Source: an uncultured Bacteroidales bacterium (lineage in GTDB: Bacteria; Bacteroidota; Bacteroidia; Bacteroidales; VadinHA17). Taken from it: a stretch of 64,000 bases of DNA. The stretch covers positions 4,344 through 68,343 of the forward strand of contig CAWKIC010000027.1 of assembly GCA_963849615.1 (NCBI GenBank), read 5' to 3'. How positions within the stretch are numbered: position 1 is the first letter of the stretch; every line of letters begins with the position of its first letter. Positions 9,731 through 20,235 of the stretch are shown piece by piece. The position numbers were made by a program, and so were the translations under genes. A model generated the notes under the pieces. That model was not told the origin of the DNA and ran no database searches. It worked only from the letters and a program-made list of their open reading frames with translations.

Positions 9731-12102
9731 AAACGAAAATCTGATCTGAAATCCTGTTTATTACCTCATATCCGCCAAGGGTATGCGGTATAGCAACCTA
9801 TTCGCAGGATTTGATAAAAGCGCTTGCAAATAAATTCAGCAATTCATTATCCATAAAAGTTTGTGCATTGGAATCCGGTGAAACAGAATTTTTGTATGAT
9901 AGGTGAAGTAAAATATATTCTTAAGACCTCAATAGCGCATGAATATGAAGAATTAGCATTAAAAATCAACAAAGACAATTGCATTAAAATGGTCCTGATC
10001 CAGCATGAGTTTGGTTTTTTCAAGTTGCAGGAACAGCCATTTCAGCAATTTTTAAATAAACTTTTAAAGCCGGTCGTTATTGTCTTTCATACCGTACTCC
10101 CCAATCCTGATGAACTTTTAAAGACAAAAGTGCAAAATATTGCAGATGCCTGCGAGTCGGTAATTGTTATGACCAATAACTCCGCCCGGGTATTGTCGGA
10201 TGACTATGAAATCCCTGAGCAAAAAATAAGTGTAATTGCCCATGGGACGCATCTGGTCCCACACCTGAGTAAAGGATATTTGAAAAGAAAATATGGATTG
10301 ACCGGCAGAAAAGTACTTACTACATTTGGCCTGCTAAGCTCAGGAAAGAACATTGAAACTACACTGGAAGCGCTGCCTGCGGTTATCAAAACCAATCCTG
10401 AAGTAGTATTCCTTGTAATTGGCAAAACCCATCCCGATGTATTGAAAAATGAAGGGGAAATATATCGGGAAAACCTTGAATCGCTGGTAATCAATAACCA
10501 GCTTGCAAATCATGTAATATTTGTAAATAGCTATTTGCCATTACCCGAACTTCTCGAATATTTACAACTTACAGATATTTATCTGTTTACCACCAACGAC
10601 CCTAACCAGGCTGTAAGCGGGACTTTTGTCTATGCAATGAGTTGTGGCTGCCCTATCATTTCTACACCCATCCCCCATGCAAAGGAGGTATTGACATCTG
10701 AAACCGGCATTATTTTCGATTTTTGTAACTCATATCAATTAGCTGATAGCATTATAAGATTGCTCAACGATGAACCGTTAAGAAAGAATATCAGCACAAA
10801 CACCCTTCAGAAAATAGTATCCACTGCCTGGGAAAACTCTGCAGTTGCCCATGCCAGGCTGTTTGAAAGGATTTCCGGTGATAAAATTTCACTCCAATAT
10901 AACCTCCCGGTCATCAACCTGAATCACCTGAAACAGATGACAACCTTTACCGGGATCATACAGTTTTCAAAAATCAACCAACCCGATGTCAGTTCCGGTT
11001 ATACCCTTGATGATAATGCAAGAGCTCTGGTTTCGTTATGTATGTATTTTAAATTAACAGGCAGATGAGAAGAGCCTGGTTTACATTCATAAATATCTCC
11101 GGTTTATACGCTTTTGTCAGCAACCCGGCGGTGACTTTTTAAATTATGTAGACTATTACGGCGAATTTACAGATCAGAATAAAGTCACTAATCTCGATGA
11201 TTCAAATGGGAGAGCAGTCTGGGCTCTTGGATATTTAGTCTCAGAAAAAGGCTTTCTTCCTGACGAGAATAATATCAGAGGCCAGCGCAATCATACAAAA
11301 AGCACTGCCTCATGCGGAGACAATGCATTCTACACGTGCAATGGCATTTACCATAAAAGGACTGTATTACTATTATAATACAACAAAATCACCTGAAACA
11401 CTTAATCTGATTGAAACACTGGCTAAAAGGCTTGTTCAGATGTATAAGCATGAATCAATTGAAAACTGGAATTGGTTTGAAGGCTACCTGACCTATGCAA
11501 ATAGCATTTTGCCTGAAGCTATGTTATATACCTGGCTGTTGACAGGAGATACAGTTTATAAAGATATTGCCATATCGTCGCTTAATTTTCTGTTATCACA
11601 AACTTATAATGAAAATGGGATAGAAGTTGTATCGAATAAAAGCTGGTTGAAAAAAGGGCAGAAGGCAGGTCATTTTGGGGAGCAGCCAATTGACGTTGCC
11701 TATACGATAATGACCCTGAGTAAATTTTATGATGTGATTCAGGACGAAGAATACCGTCTGAAAATGGAAACGGCTTTCAACTGGTTTTTAGGGAACAACC
11801 GCCTGCATCAGATTATTTACAATCCATGTACCGGTGGTTGTTACGACGGGTTGGAGGAAACTCATGTGAACCTCAATCAGGGTGCAGAATCGACTGTAAG
11901 CTATCTTTTGGCAAGGCTGACGATTGAAAAGTATAAAAATCCGGACAGGATACCTTGCGGGCAGTCGCCGGTTCATTTTGAAAAGAAATCAAAAAAAGAA
12001 GAAGTAATGACTCAACGGACTAAGAAAAGATCAACAACATTAATCCCTGATTACCTGTTAACAAATGAACCTGGAATAGGCAAAAAAGAACTGCACAGCT
12101 GA
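9720..12102 (+). CDS. GT4 glycosyltransferase fused to C-terminal (alpha/alpha)-barrel glycosidase-like domain, frameshifted (start approximate)
   Basis: TSYPPRVCGIATYS, QHEFG, FGLLSSGKNIE, QAVSGT; C-terminal YTLDDNARAL, WFEGYLTY, GEQPID, GGCYDGL, NQGAEST. Confidence 0.85.
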
Positions 12103-12108
12103 AGAAAG

Positions 12109-12173
12109 TGTGAATAATGTAAATTATACAGATAATTATGTAACACTCTTTCCCTGAGCTTCCTTTAACTTTC
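12109..12173 (+). promoter_or_regulatory. Regulon promoter 3
   Basis: ATGTAAA at 12117, ATGTAAC at 12138; TAACTTTC at 12166. Confidence 0.75.
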
Positions 12174-12200
12174 AGATTATTATTCATATAAAAGAAGCTA

Positions 12201-12410
12201 ATGAAAAAAGCAGGTATCGTCATTATAATCATTGGTTTATTATTAACCATTTTTACGGCTTTTACTTTCTTCACCAGGGAGAAAGTGGTTGATATCGGGC
12301 AACTGGAGATCACTGCAAACAAACGGCACCACCTCAAATGGTCACCTCTGATCGGAATTGCCGTCATGGGTGTTGGTGGATTGGTTTTTTGGCAATCACC
12401 AAAAAAATGA
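12201..12410 (+). CDS. Small two-TM membrane protein
   Basis: TM - TREKVVDIGQLEIT - TM. Confidence 0.75.
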   Translation: MKKAGIVIIIIGLLLTIFTAFTFFTREKVVDIGQLEITANKRHHLKWSPLIGIAVMGVGGLVFWQSPKK

Positions 12411-12478
12411 CAAACAGCCCTGGTTATTTAACATATAAATGATCTGGGGACGCTGCCAACAGGTTACTCCTATTCTTT

Positions 12479-13108
12479 ATGACCCGGTTAACAACAAAAA
12501 AGGTTGCTGTAATAGTTGCTCACCCGGATGATGAAACGTTATGGGCCGGTGGAACAATACTGAGTCATCCGTCGTGGAATTTTTTTACCGTTAGTCTATG
12601 CCGCGGAGGGGATGAAGAACGAGCTCCCAGGTTTCATAATGCATTAAAAGCTCTCAAATCGGAAGGTGTAATGGGCGACCTTGATGACGGTCCTGATCAA
12701 AAACCGTTGGACGAAAAAGAGGTTGAGCGGATAATACTGGACTTGCTGCCTCCGAAGCATTTCGATCTGATACTCACACATAACCCCACCGGTGAATATA
12801 CAAGGCACATAAGGCATGAGGAGGTAAGTAAGGCAGTAATTAAACTCTGGCATGCCGGTAAAATATTTACCAGCCTTCTTTGGACTTTTGCGTACGAAGA
12901 TGGTAATAAGAAATATTACCCCAGGCCTGTCGAAACTGCCACTGTTTACAACAAGCTTACAAGGCGGATCTGGTTAAGAAAATACAGCATAATTACAGAA
13001 ACCTATGGATTTGAAAAAAACAGTTTTGAGGCGGAAACAACACCACGGGCAGAATCATTCTGGCAATTTTCAGATCCGATTGATGCTAAAAAATGGATTA
13101 AGAAATGA
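12479..13108 (+). CDS. PIG-L/LmbE family N-deacetylase
   Basis: VAHPDDE motif; THNPTGEYTRHIRH in place of usual HPDH. Confidence 0.85.
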   Translation: MTRLTTKKVAVIVAHPDDETLWAGGTILSHPSWNFFTVSLCRGGDEERAPRFHNALKALKSEGVMGDLDDGPDQKPLDEKEVERIILDLLPPKHFDLILTHNPTGEYTRHIRHEEVSKAVIKLWHAGKIFTSLLWTFAYEDGNKKYYPRPVETATVYNKLTRRIWLRKYSIITETYGFEKNSFEAETTPRAESFWQFSDPIDAKKWIKK

Positions 13109-14247
13109 AAGTATTGGTATTATATGATTACCCGCCTTCACCGGGAGGGCTTGCAACACAGGGCGATCTTCTGTACAGAGGTCTTCTTGAGATGGGGGTT
13201 GATGCAAATGCTGTTCATTTCGAATCAGCGCTGGAGAAGGAATGGTACTATCGCTGGTTTGAACCCAACGTGGTTGTAGGTGTCGGTTATTGGGGGCATA
13301 CACCCCAATTAGTCCTTCACCCGCAACGGTATGGTGTGCAGCCGGTACCATGGCTGGTTGCTGACGGTTATATCGCTAACTACCAGGAGGTTTTGAATGC
13401 ACTCCCCCTTATTCTGGTAACATCGAACTGGGTAAAGGAAATGTATGTCCGTGACGGTATCAATGGTGACAAAATTGAGGTGTTACCGGTAGGTTGCGAT
13501 ACGGATGCATTTACCCCTCACAATAAGGACGATCCGAAAATTCTGACAGTGCGCGAGACGTTGGGCATTTCACCCGATCAGATAATGATTCTCACCGTTG
13601 GTGGTGACGCTGCATCAAAGGGAGCACAGGAGGTAATGCAGGCCCTGGCCATCATTGATTCCAAAGCGCCCGATTGGAAATATGTCTGCAAGGTGTGGCC
13701 TCAGCCACGTACCAGTAATCAGAACCTTGCCGATCTGGAAATGGCAACGCACCTTGGCATTGAAAAAAATGTCACTTATGCGACCAACACAATTTCACGT
13801 AATTTCATGCCTTATCTTGTCGGAGCATGCGATATATACGCAGCCCCATCCCGGCTCGAAGGATTTGGAATGCCGCAAGTGGAAGCAGGAGCATGCGGAA
13901 AACCGGTTCTGGGTATAAAGGCAATGGGAATGCTTGATACTATTATAGATGGCGAAACGGGATTCCTGGCAAATGTAGCCAGGAAAATTATTGTGGACCA
14001 GGTAATGCTTGGTGATGAGTCGGGCTATGAAGATAAACACAGAGTAAAATTTAAAGAGCCACGGACAGTGGATTACCGTGCAAATGTCCATGATATTGCG
14101 AAGTATCTGATGATCCTCATGACTGATGCAAATTTGCGTGAAAAAATGGGCATGGCCGCCAGAGAGCGGGTTGTGAAAAATTTTGACTACCGCGTTGTGG
14201 CAAAACGGTTTGTTCAGATAATAAGCGATAAATTGGATATAAGGTGA
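13105..14247 (+). CDS. GT4 glycosyltransferase
   Basis: YPPSPGG, SKG, PSRLEGFGMPQVEAGACGKP. Confidence 0.9.
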   Translation: MKVLVLYDYPPSPGGLATQGDLLYRGLLEMGVDANAVHFESALEKEWYYRWFEPNVVVGVGYWGHTPQLVLHPQRYGVQPVPWLVADGYIANYQEVLNALPLILVTSNWVKEMYVRDGINGDKIEVLPVGCDTDAFTPHNKDDPKILTVRETLGISPDQIMILTVGGDAASKGAQEVMQALAIIDSKAPDWKYVCKVWPQPRTSNQNLADLEMATHLGIEKNVTYATNTISRNFMPYLVGACDIYAAPSRLEGFGMPQVEAGACGKPVLGIKAMGMLDTIIDGETGFLANVARKIIVDQVMLGDESGYEDKHRVKFKEPRTVDYRANVHDIAKYLMILMTDANLREKMGMAARERVVKNFDYRVVAKRFVQIISDKLDIR

Positions 14248-14263
14248 TTTACAGATTAATATC

Positions 14264-15451
14264 ATGCAAACGTTAAACCGGATAGAGATTGAAGCAGGCA
14301 AAGAAGGCAGCTCTTGAGGTGCTGCTTCATAATGCACACGGATCGTACCACGGGCTTCCCCGGACCGCCGGCTGGGGATATCCGGAACCATATACAAGGG
14401 ACCTGATGTTTTCTATCTTTGGAATTGCTGTTTCTGAGAATAAAAAGCTGACAGAGAGCATCCGGAGAGTATTGGTAACACTGGCAAAGAATCAGACCAA
14501 ACACGGTCATATCCCTTCTCTGGTGCACGATCCGGAGGATCGTGGATCGAGTGATACCACTCCTTTGTTTTTGCTGGGTGTTGGCATTTTCAGGAAGTTA
14601 TCCGGAGAATCTGACTTTCTTAATGATGCGGTTGAAAAAGCCTTAATCTGGATGGAGTATCAAAGTCCGTCTGACCGGTATCTGGTTGCACAGCAGCCCA
14701 CAAGTGATTGGCGTGACGAACAATGGGTTACCGGATATGGATTATTTGTGAATACCCTGGTATATTGCTGTCTCCGGCTTCTTGGCCGGCACGAAAGAGC
14801 AGATTTAATGATCGGGGAGTTAAGCAGGTTTACAGTTAACAGGAGGAACCATGCACCATCATGCCCGCGAAGGGCTTGTTGTAAAGACATAAGCCTTATT
14901 ATGCTTTCTGGTCTTATAAAATTCATAGCAGTGAAAGGTTCGACCTGCTTGGCAACAGTCTTGCCATTCTCTCCGGAATTGCATCACCGTCGCGGGCTCA
15001 TGATATTATTTCCTGGATTGAAGAGGAGTGTTCAGGAATGAAAAGAAGAGGTGAACTGGCACTTGACCTGCCCCCTAATTTTTTTCCTTTCATTAAACCT
15101 GAAGATCAGGACTGGCATTCACGGTATTCAGTATATAACAATCCCGGAGAATATCACAATGGAGGTATATGGCCTTTTGTTTGCGGATTTTATATAGCAG
15201 CATTAGTAGCTGCTAAAAGGTACCTGCTCGCCGAAAAAAAACTAGTGGTTCTTACCCATATTATTAAAACTTCCGGAACGAATCTTGATTTCGGATTCAA
15301 CGAATGGCTTAAAGCACAGAATGGCAAGCCGATGGGGCAGGACTGGCAAACCTGGAGCGCAGCACTTTACCTTTATGCCGCAAAATGTGTTGAAGAAAAA
15401 AGAACACCATTTTTTGATGAGATGAGAAGTAATCCGAATCCCTCCGTTTAG
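14264..15451 (+). CDS. GH100 alkaline-invertase-like / (alpha/alpha)6 glycoside hydrolase, frameshifted
   Basis: YTRD, SSDTTPLF, SDWRD, YHNGGIWP, FNEW, QTWSA. Confidence 0.75.
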
Positions 15452-15474
15452 TAAAGGCTTACTCCTTAATAATG

Positions 15475-15538
15475 TGTAAATTATGTAATTTGTTTGTGTA
15501 ATTATGTAACTTTCCTTGATTGCTTAAGGGTACATTTG
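15475..15538 (+). promoter_or_regulatory. Regulon promoter 4
   Basis: ATGTAAT at 15483, ATGTAAC at 15504; TACATTTG at 15531. Confidence 0.8.
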
Positions 15539-15574
15539 TCATAATCATAATTTCACTTCACTGGATTAACCATC

Positions 15575-15757
15575 ATGGATACAACGGCAAACGGTTACTG
15601 GAACAGGAAAAAGAAAAAGCTCATATTAAAGTATCCTGTAATAAAGGAACATGATTTGCACTTTAACGAGGGTGAGGAAAAAGAAATGATTGAAACGCTG
15701 TCGTACAAACTTGGTATATCTGAAGTAGTTATGCTATTAATTATTGCAGGTTTGTAA
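15575..15757 (+). CDS. CsbD-like general stress protein
   Basis: GYWNRKKKKL..KYP.I...DL...EG....MI..L..KLG pattern. Confidence 0.7.
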   Translation: MDTTANGYWNRKKKKLILKYPVIKEHDLHFNEGEEKEMIETLSYKLGISEVVMLLIIAGL

Positions 15758-15975
15758 TAACTCAGGTTGCTGGTTGCTGGTTCCTCGTTACTGGTTTAGT
15801 TGTTGATTAACAGAACAATAGGCGATTTTGTTAAAATTTATTTGATATTTTTGCATTAATCATGATGCTCATTATCAAATAACTAGCAACCAGCAACAAG
15901 TAACATTAATCATGATGCTCATTATCAAGTAACTAGCAACCAGCAACAAGTAACTAGCAACTATAGGTTAATTAA
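15757..15975 (+). mobile_element. MITE-like repeat family A, copy 1 (with internal ~50-bp tandem duplication)
   Basis: GTTGCTG/TAGCAAC heptamer inverted arms around a conserved core; near-identical at 22776 and 34809. Confidence 0.75.
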
Positions 15976-16023
15976 TAAAAAAATGCTACCTTTGCACCCA
16001 GTTTTTCAGTAATAATAAATTGA

Positions 16024-16191
16024 ATGTCAAAAATACTTTTTATTGATGGTTTTGCTTTGATCAAAGTTTGGGCCGCCGGATTTTTTGGGTTCCATATTAG
16101 CGGCCTGATCCACATACTACCTGCAATAGCACTCTTTGCCATAATGCTTGGTATTCTCCATAATAAATCTTTATTGGGTAGGTTTAACTGA
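16024..16191 (+). CDS. Second lmo0937-like small membrane protein, 55 aa, not in ORF track
   Basis: MSKILFIDGFALIKVWAAGFFGFHISGLIHILPAIALFAIMLGILHN; TACCTTTG upstream near 15987. Confidence 0.6.
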   Translation: MSKILFIDGFALIKVWAAGFFGFHISGLIHILPAIALFAIMLGILHNKSLLGRFN

Positions 16192-16364
16192 TAAAGTGTA
16201 ACTCAGTCCCGGTTCTGGAGCCAAAAAGCACAATTAATTTTAGAATTTACTACTTCCTTTCCACCTGAACTTTATTTCAGAGTTCATGTGAATTGAAATA
16301 TATATTCCGGTCATCAGCAAGAGGTTTTTCTAATTTGCAGATTAACATTAACATATTTGTAATG

Positions 16365-16430
16365 TGTGAATTATGTAACTTTTTCTAAAAAGTTTTGTAA
16401 TACATTAACGAAACCCGGTAACTACATTTG
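16365..16430 (+). promoter_or_regulatory. Regulon promoter 5
   Basis: ATGTAAC at 16373, TTGTAAT at 16395 (22-bp period); TACATTTG at 16423. Confidence 0.7.
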
Positions 16431-16486
16431 GTCTTTTAAAAGACCCTTTCTGGTATGGTACAAAACCGGTAACTAATAAATCTGAT

Positions 16487-16924
16487 GTGAAAAATAAAAT
16501 ACAATTATTTAAGTTCCTTCTGAAGAGTTTGTTTCTTATTTTCTTTTCGTTGATGACATTCGCTGTAAAAGCACCTGAGACAACAGTTGCCTTTATCCTG
16601 GCTTCAGAACCTGTAGACGCTTATGAAAGACTTATAAAGGCAGTTGTTAAGGTTGAGAGTGCAGGAAATACCCTTGCATATAATCTTGCTGAGGAGGCGG
16701 TCGGAGCTTTTCAGATAAGACCGATCAGGATACTGGACTATAACCAGCGAACCGGTAAGAATTATAAAATCGAAAATTGTTACAATTTTGATATTTCAAA
16801 AGAAGTCTTCCTCTATTACGCCAGAGAAATCGGGTATCCGGATTATGAAACAATTGCCAGGAACTGGAACGGATCAGGAAAAACCACACAGGATTACTGG
16901 GAAAAAGTCAAATCGAATTTGTAG
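16487..16924 (+). CDS. Lysozyme-like/lytic transglycosylase-like exported protein
   Basis: N-terminal TM; AVVKVES, AVGAFQI, ARNWNG, YWEKVK. Confidence 0.7.
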   Translation: MKNKIQLFKFLLKSLFLIFFSLMTFAVKAPETTVAFILASEPVDAYERLIKAVVKVESAGNTLAYNLAEEAVGAFQIRPIRILDYNQRTGKNYKIENCYNFDISKEVFLYYAREIGYPDYETIARNWNGSGKTTQDYWEKVKSNL

Positions 16925-18505
16925 CCAAATGTTTCTCCGGGTTTTTACTAAGACTTGATGTTATCCCTGAAAGAATAGACCGGAAGCAATAATGAAAAAG
17001 AAATCTTTCGGGATCTCTGTCAAAATATATAATTCCAGCTCGCACATCATCACCCGGAACAGGATTTGAATCCATAACTCTCCGGTTAGCAATCCATGAA
17101 ATGAACCTTTCTTTAAAAGCTGTTGTATCATCGGTTCTTTTATTCTTAACCGTAATATCCAATCCATGATAAAGCATGGTCATTTTGCCGGCAGCATTTG
17201 TATTATCAGCGCTAAAACTGAAATTCATTTTATCGATTTTCCCGGATGTAGCATAGATATAAGCACTTTTCTCCAGGATTGGATTTAACTCATTTGCTTC
17301 CATGTCCAAAAGAGATCCATTAAGTGAAAATGTGTTATTGCTGTCAAATAATCTTCCTTTTAAGAGAATGTTAAGCTTTCCTTTCCCCATTAACAATGCA
17401 TCAGCTTTAAGTTCAATAAAAGCGCTTTTCGTTTTGTAGATGGCGTTGTTGGTTATGTTGTAAAGTTTAGAATTGATTTCATTGAATCTGATACTTCCTG
17501 CTTCGTTGGCTTCTTCAGCATGCACGGTAAAAATGACATTCCCGTCCAAAGGAGCCAGATTGAATCAATTTGCAGAATACCGGGATAGTTATAAATCATA
17601 TCCTGAAATGCAGGTTTGATCAGGTGCCGGAATTCTTTTCGTTTATCACGGAAAACTTTCATATCCATTTCCCCGATTTCGACATAAGAACTAATTAAGC
17701 TCCGGTTTCTGAAATAATCCGAAGCAAGAAAATCATACACGTAAATATTGCTGAAGCCGGCTTCAAAACGACTCATTTGAAATTTATACCTCGATGTGAA
17801 ATCATAACCACGCATAGTTTGGTTGAATTCTGAAACTGTCGACTTCCAGGGTGTTTGAAGCTGCTGAATAGATTATCCCGGTAGCCTTGTAGGAATACAT
17901 GCTGTCAGCCCTGATCGAGAAGAGTTCATCAGCACTAAAATCAAATTGTCTGATGATGCCAGGCAATAAGGTGTCCAGTTTGTCAACCTTTAAATCGTAT
18001 ATTTTCATAAAGCCTTCTTTCACAGTATAAGACTGTGCATTTAAGATGTTTCCAATTTCCAGATCAATTTTATTAAAAATCAGATTTGTTATCCGGAGGT
18101 TGACCGGTGAAACCAATGGAGGTATTGCATCCTTCAAAAAGTGGGATCTTACCAACCAGGCTGCTATTGGAAATAGTGACTGTTCTGATGCAAACATCCT
18201 GTTTCAATATCGCCTTAAAGAGGTGTGATCCCTGTGAGTTTTACGGACCTATTTTCCCGTTTAATTCAAAATCCGGATCACCCTGCTTTGGTATAGTGCA
18301 TACCTTCCAGTTCAATTCCTGACTTAAATATCAAAGATATGAACCTTTTCAATTTCAACTATGTAATTTCTATTCTCACCATTTAATTCTGCACGTATTC
18401 TTCCCCCAAGCCATGGCTCAATAAAAATTAAAGCCGTTAAAAATTTTATCACTAATTAAGAGACACTGTTCCAACTAATATTTTCAAAAATATTTTCCTT
18501 TTCAT
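16908..18505 (-). CDS. DUF748/AsmA-like beta-rich envelope protein, multiply frameshifted
   Basis: Contiguous minus-strand ORFs 16908-17549, 17453-17815, 17802-18197, 5' part to ATG at 18505. Confidence 0.6.
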
Positions 18506-18537
18506 AATTGATATTATGTGTGATTGAAGGGAAGGTT

Positions 18538-18602
18538 GAAAGGTACACCGACTTGTTTTCAAAACTGTTACATAATTCACTGAATGAATTACATCATTCA
18601 CA
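18538..18602 (-). promoter_or_regulatory. Regulon promoter 6
   Basis: Plus-strand ATTACAT 18588 and GTTACAT 18567; -7 TACCTTTC on minus strand at 18545-18538. Confidence 0.8.
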
Positions 18603-18673
18603 TATTAACTCAGATTGCGCGGGCAAGCCTTATAATTAGGAGCCTGACCGGAATGAAAAACCTTACATGGATG

Positions 18674-18738
18674 CGTAAATCATGTAACTTTTTCGCGGAG
18701 TTATGTAACACTTACGGCAATTGCACAGATTAACTTTG
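18674..18738 (+). promoter_or_regulatory. Regulon promoter 7
   Basis: ATGTAAC at 18682 and 18703; TAACTTTG at 18731. Confidence 0.85.
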
Positions 18739-18760
18739 AATAATCTAATAAATAATTATT

Positions 18761-18946
18761 ATGCCACTATTAACTATTTTAATCGTACTAATTGTTGCCG
18801 GCGTTCTTTTATGGCTGGTCAACAATTACATCCCTATGGACCGTAAAATTAAAAACATCCTGAATGTTGTGGTTGTCATTGTTGTTATCGTCTGGCTACT
18901 TAAGATATTTGGGGTTTTCACCTACCTGAAGGATATTAATATTTAA
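18761..18946 (+). CDS. Thivi_2564-family small membrane protein
   Basis: LIVAGVLLWLVNNYIPMDRKIKNILNVVVVIVVIVWLL. Confidence 0.8.
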   Translation: MPLLTILIVLIVAGVLLWLVNNYIPMDRKIKNILNVVVVIVVIVWLLKIFGVFTYLKDINI

Positions 18947-18957
18947 AAGTTCGGCAG

Positions 18958-19041
18958 GAACGCCAGAATCTTAGTAGAGACGGCCAGGTTGAATATATTG
19001 AAGTAGAACCCAATGTACGCCTTCATATTACCGATCTGTGA
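18958..19041 (+). pseudogene. Possible remnant of an alpha/beta hydrolase N-terminus
   Basis: Reads ...GQVEYIEVEPNVRLHITDL*, with no start and no continuation. Confidence 0.35.
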
Positions 19042-19172
19042 GGTCAATGCTGTTATTTCGTTGCTGGAATGTCAAAGAATTAGGTGATCTCTTCGGGAAC
19101 TGCATAAAGGGCAAATTCGAATGCTGGTTAAAGCTATGATGAACATGTATAATCAAATCAAATAATAACATC

Positions 19173-19291
19173 ATGAACAATCTATTAAGAGGAATACTTT
19201 CAGGATATGGAGCCTGGAAATTAGGTGGTGGTTGTTTAGGTACAATTGTAGTTTTCTGGTTATCTGGTTTTTGCTTGGGAAATGCAGCTAA
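19173..19291 (+). CDS. Very small membrane protein (frameshifted), not in ORF track
   Basis: MNNLLRGILSGYGAWKLGGGCLGTIVVF/VIWFLLGKCS*. Confidence 0.6.
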
Positions 19292-19330
19292 GATCATGAT
19301 GCAGTTTAAAAACTATAAACCACAGGCATT

Positions 19331-19647
19331 ATGACAATTCTATTTAATACCGACAATAATGTAACAGTAAGCAAAGAACTTAGAACTCCGTTAACCAGCT
19401 TAATATCAGAAGAATTAAGCAGGTTCAGTCATCAGATAACACGAGTGGAAGTTCATCTGTCAGATGAGGACGGTGATAAGGAAGGGATTAAATGATAAAC
19501 GATGTACTGATTGAAGTCCGTCTTGAAGGAATGAAGCCAATTGCTGTTACAAACCATGCCAGTAACCATGAACAGGCAGTGGAAGGAGCTATTAATAAAC
19601 TTAAGACTTCTCTTAATACGATAATCGGACGCATGAGGAATCATTAA
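19331..19647 (+). CDS. HPF/RaiA-family ribosome-associated protein (frameshifted), not in ORF track
   Basis: MTILFNTDNN...LSRFSHQITRVEVHLSDEDGDKEG/NDKRC/IEVRLEGMKPIAVT...AVEGAINKLK. Confidence 0.85.
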
Positions 19648-19764
19648 CCTTATTGATGAATTATTTCCAATAATATAGCAAATGAGCATCACAGGTGATG
19701 TGATTGTAGAGAGAGGCTGGAAAATGGGTACAGGTTTATTATTTCGGTGAGTAACTGAATAAAG

Positions 19765-20146
19765 ATGAAAAATATTAAACAACTGGGTATCTGGATGGAT
19801 CATTACAAGTGCTGTTCTTAATGGAATTAGCAAATGACACGATTGTGACAAAAAGTGTTGTTTCAGATTTATCAAACCAGGAAGCAGAGTTCAATTTTTA
19901 TAAGGGGGAAAAACTAATTCATAAAAAAGAGCAACATCTGCAATTAAGCTTTTATAAAAAACTGGGTGAGATTATTAAAGAGTATCATGAAGTTGTTCTT
20001 TTTGGGCCAACAGATGCCAAAAACGAATTATTAAACCTGTTAAAAGGGACCACTTATTTGAAAACATTAAAATTGAGGTAAAACAATCTGATCAGATGAC
20101 TGAGTCTCAAAGACATGACTTTGTCAGAAAGTATTTTAAAAAGTAG
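19765..20146 (+). CDS. Small aeRF1/baeRF (host-attachment-like) domain protein, frameshifted
   Basis: MKNIKQLGIWMDH/...FYKKLGEIIKEYHEVVLFGPTDAKNEL.../SDQMTESQRHDFVRKYF. Confidence 0.7.
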
Positions 20147-20235
20147 TCGTGATAACATATCTATTTTAAAAAAACTGTCCAAAGGGGTCCACATTAAATC
20201 GATTCTCTACAGTATTTCCAAATCAAACCATAGCC

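Noticed and set aside
11066-11068. TGA recoding (Sec/readthrough) in the GT4 fusion, also at 27773
   Set aside because: Downstream coding continues in another frame, indicating an indel
3360-16924. Prophage lysis module (holin-like plus lysozyme-like)
   Set aside because: The genes are 13 kb apart, with no structural, terminase or integrase genes
19453-19875. 140-aa minus-strand ORF
   Set aside because: Shadow of the plus-strand HPF and aeRF1-like genes
591-20146. Mass pseudogenisation of the island
   Set aside because: Breaks are single-base indels, and they also hit sbcCD and the ABC exporter while motifs remain intact. Long-read error is more parsimonious.
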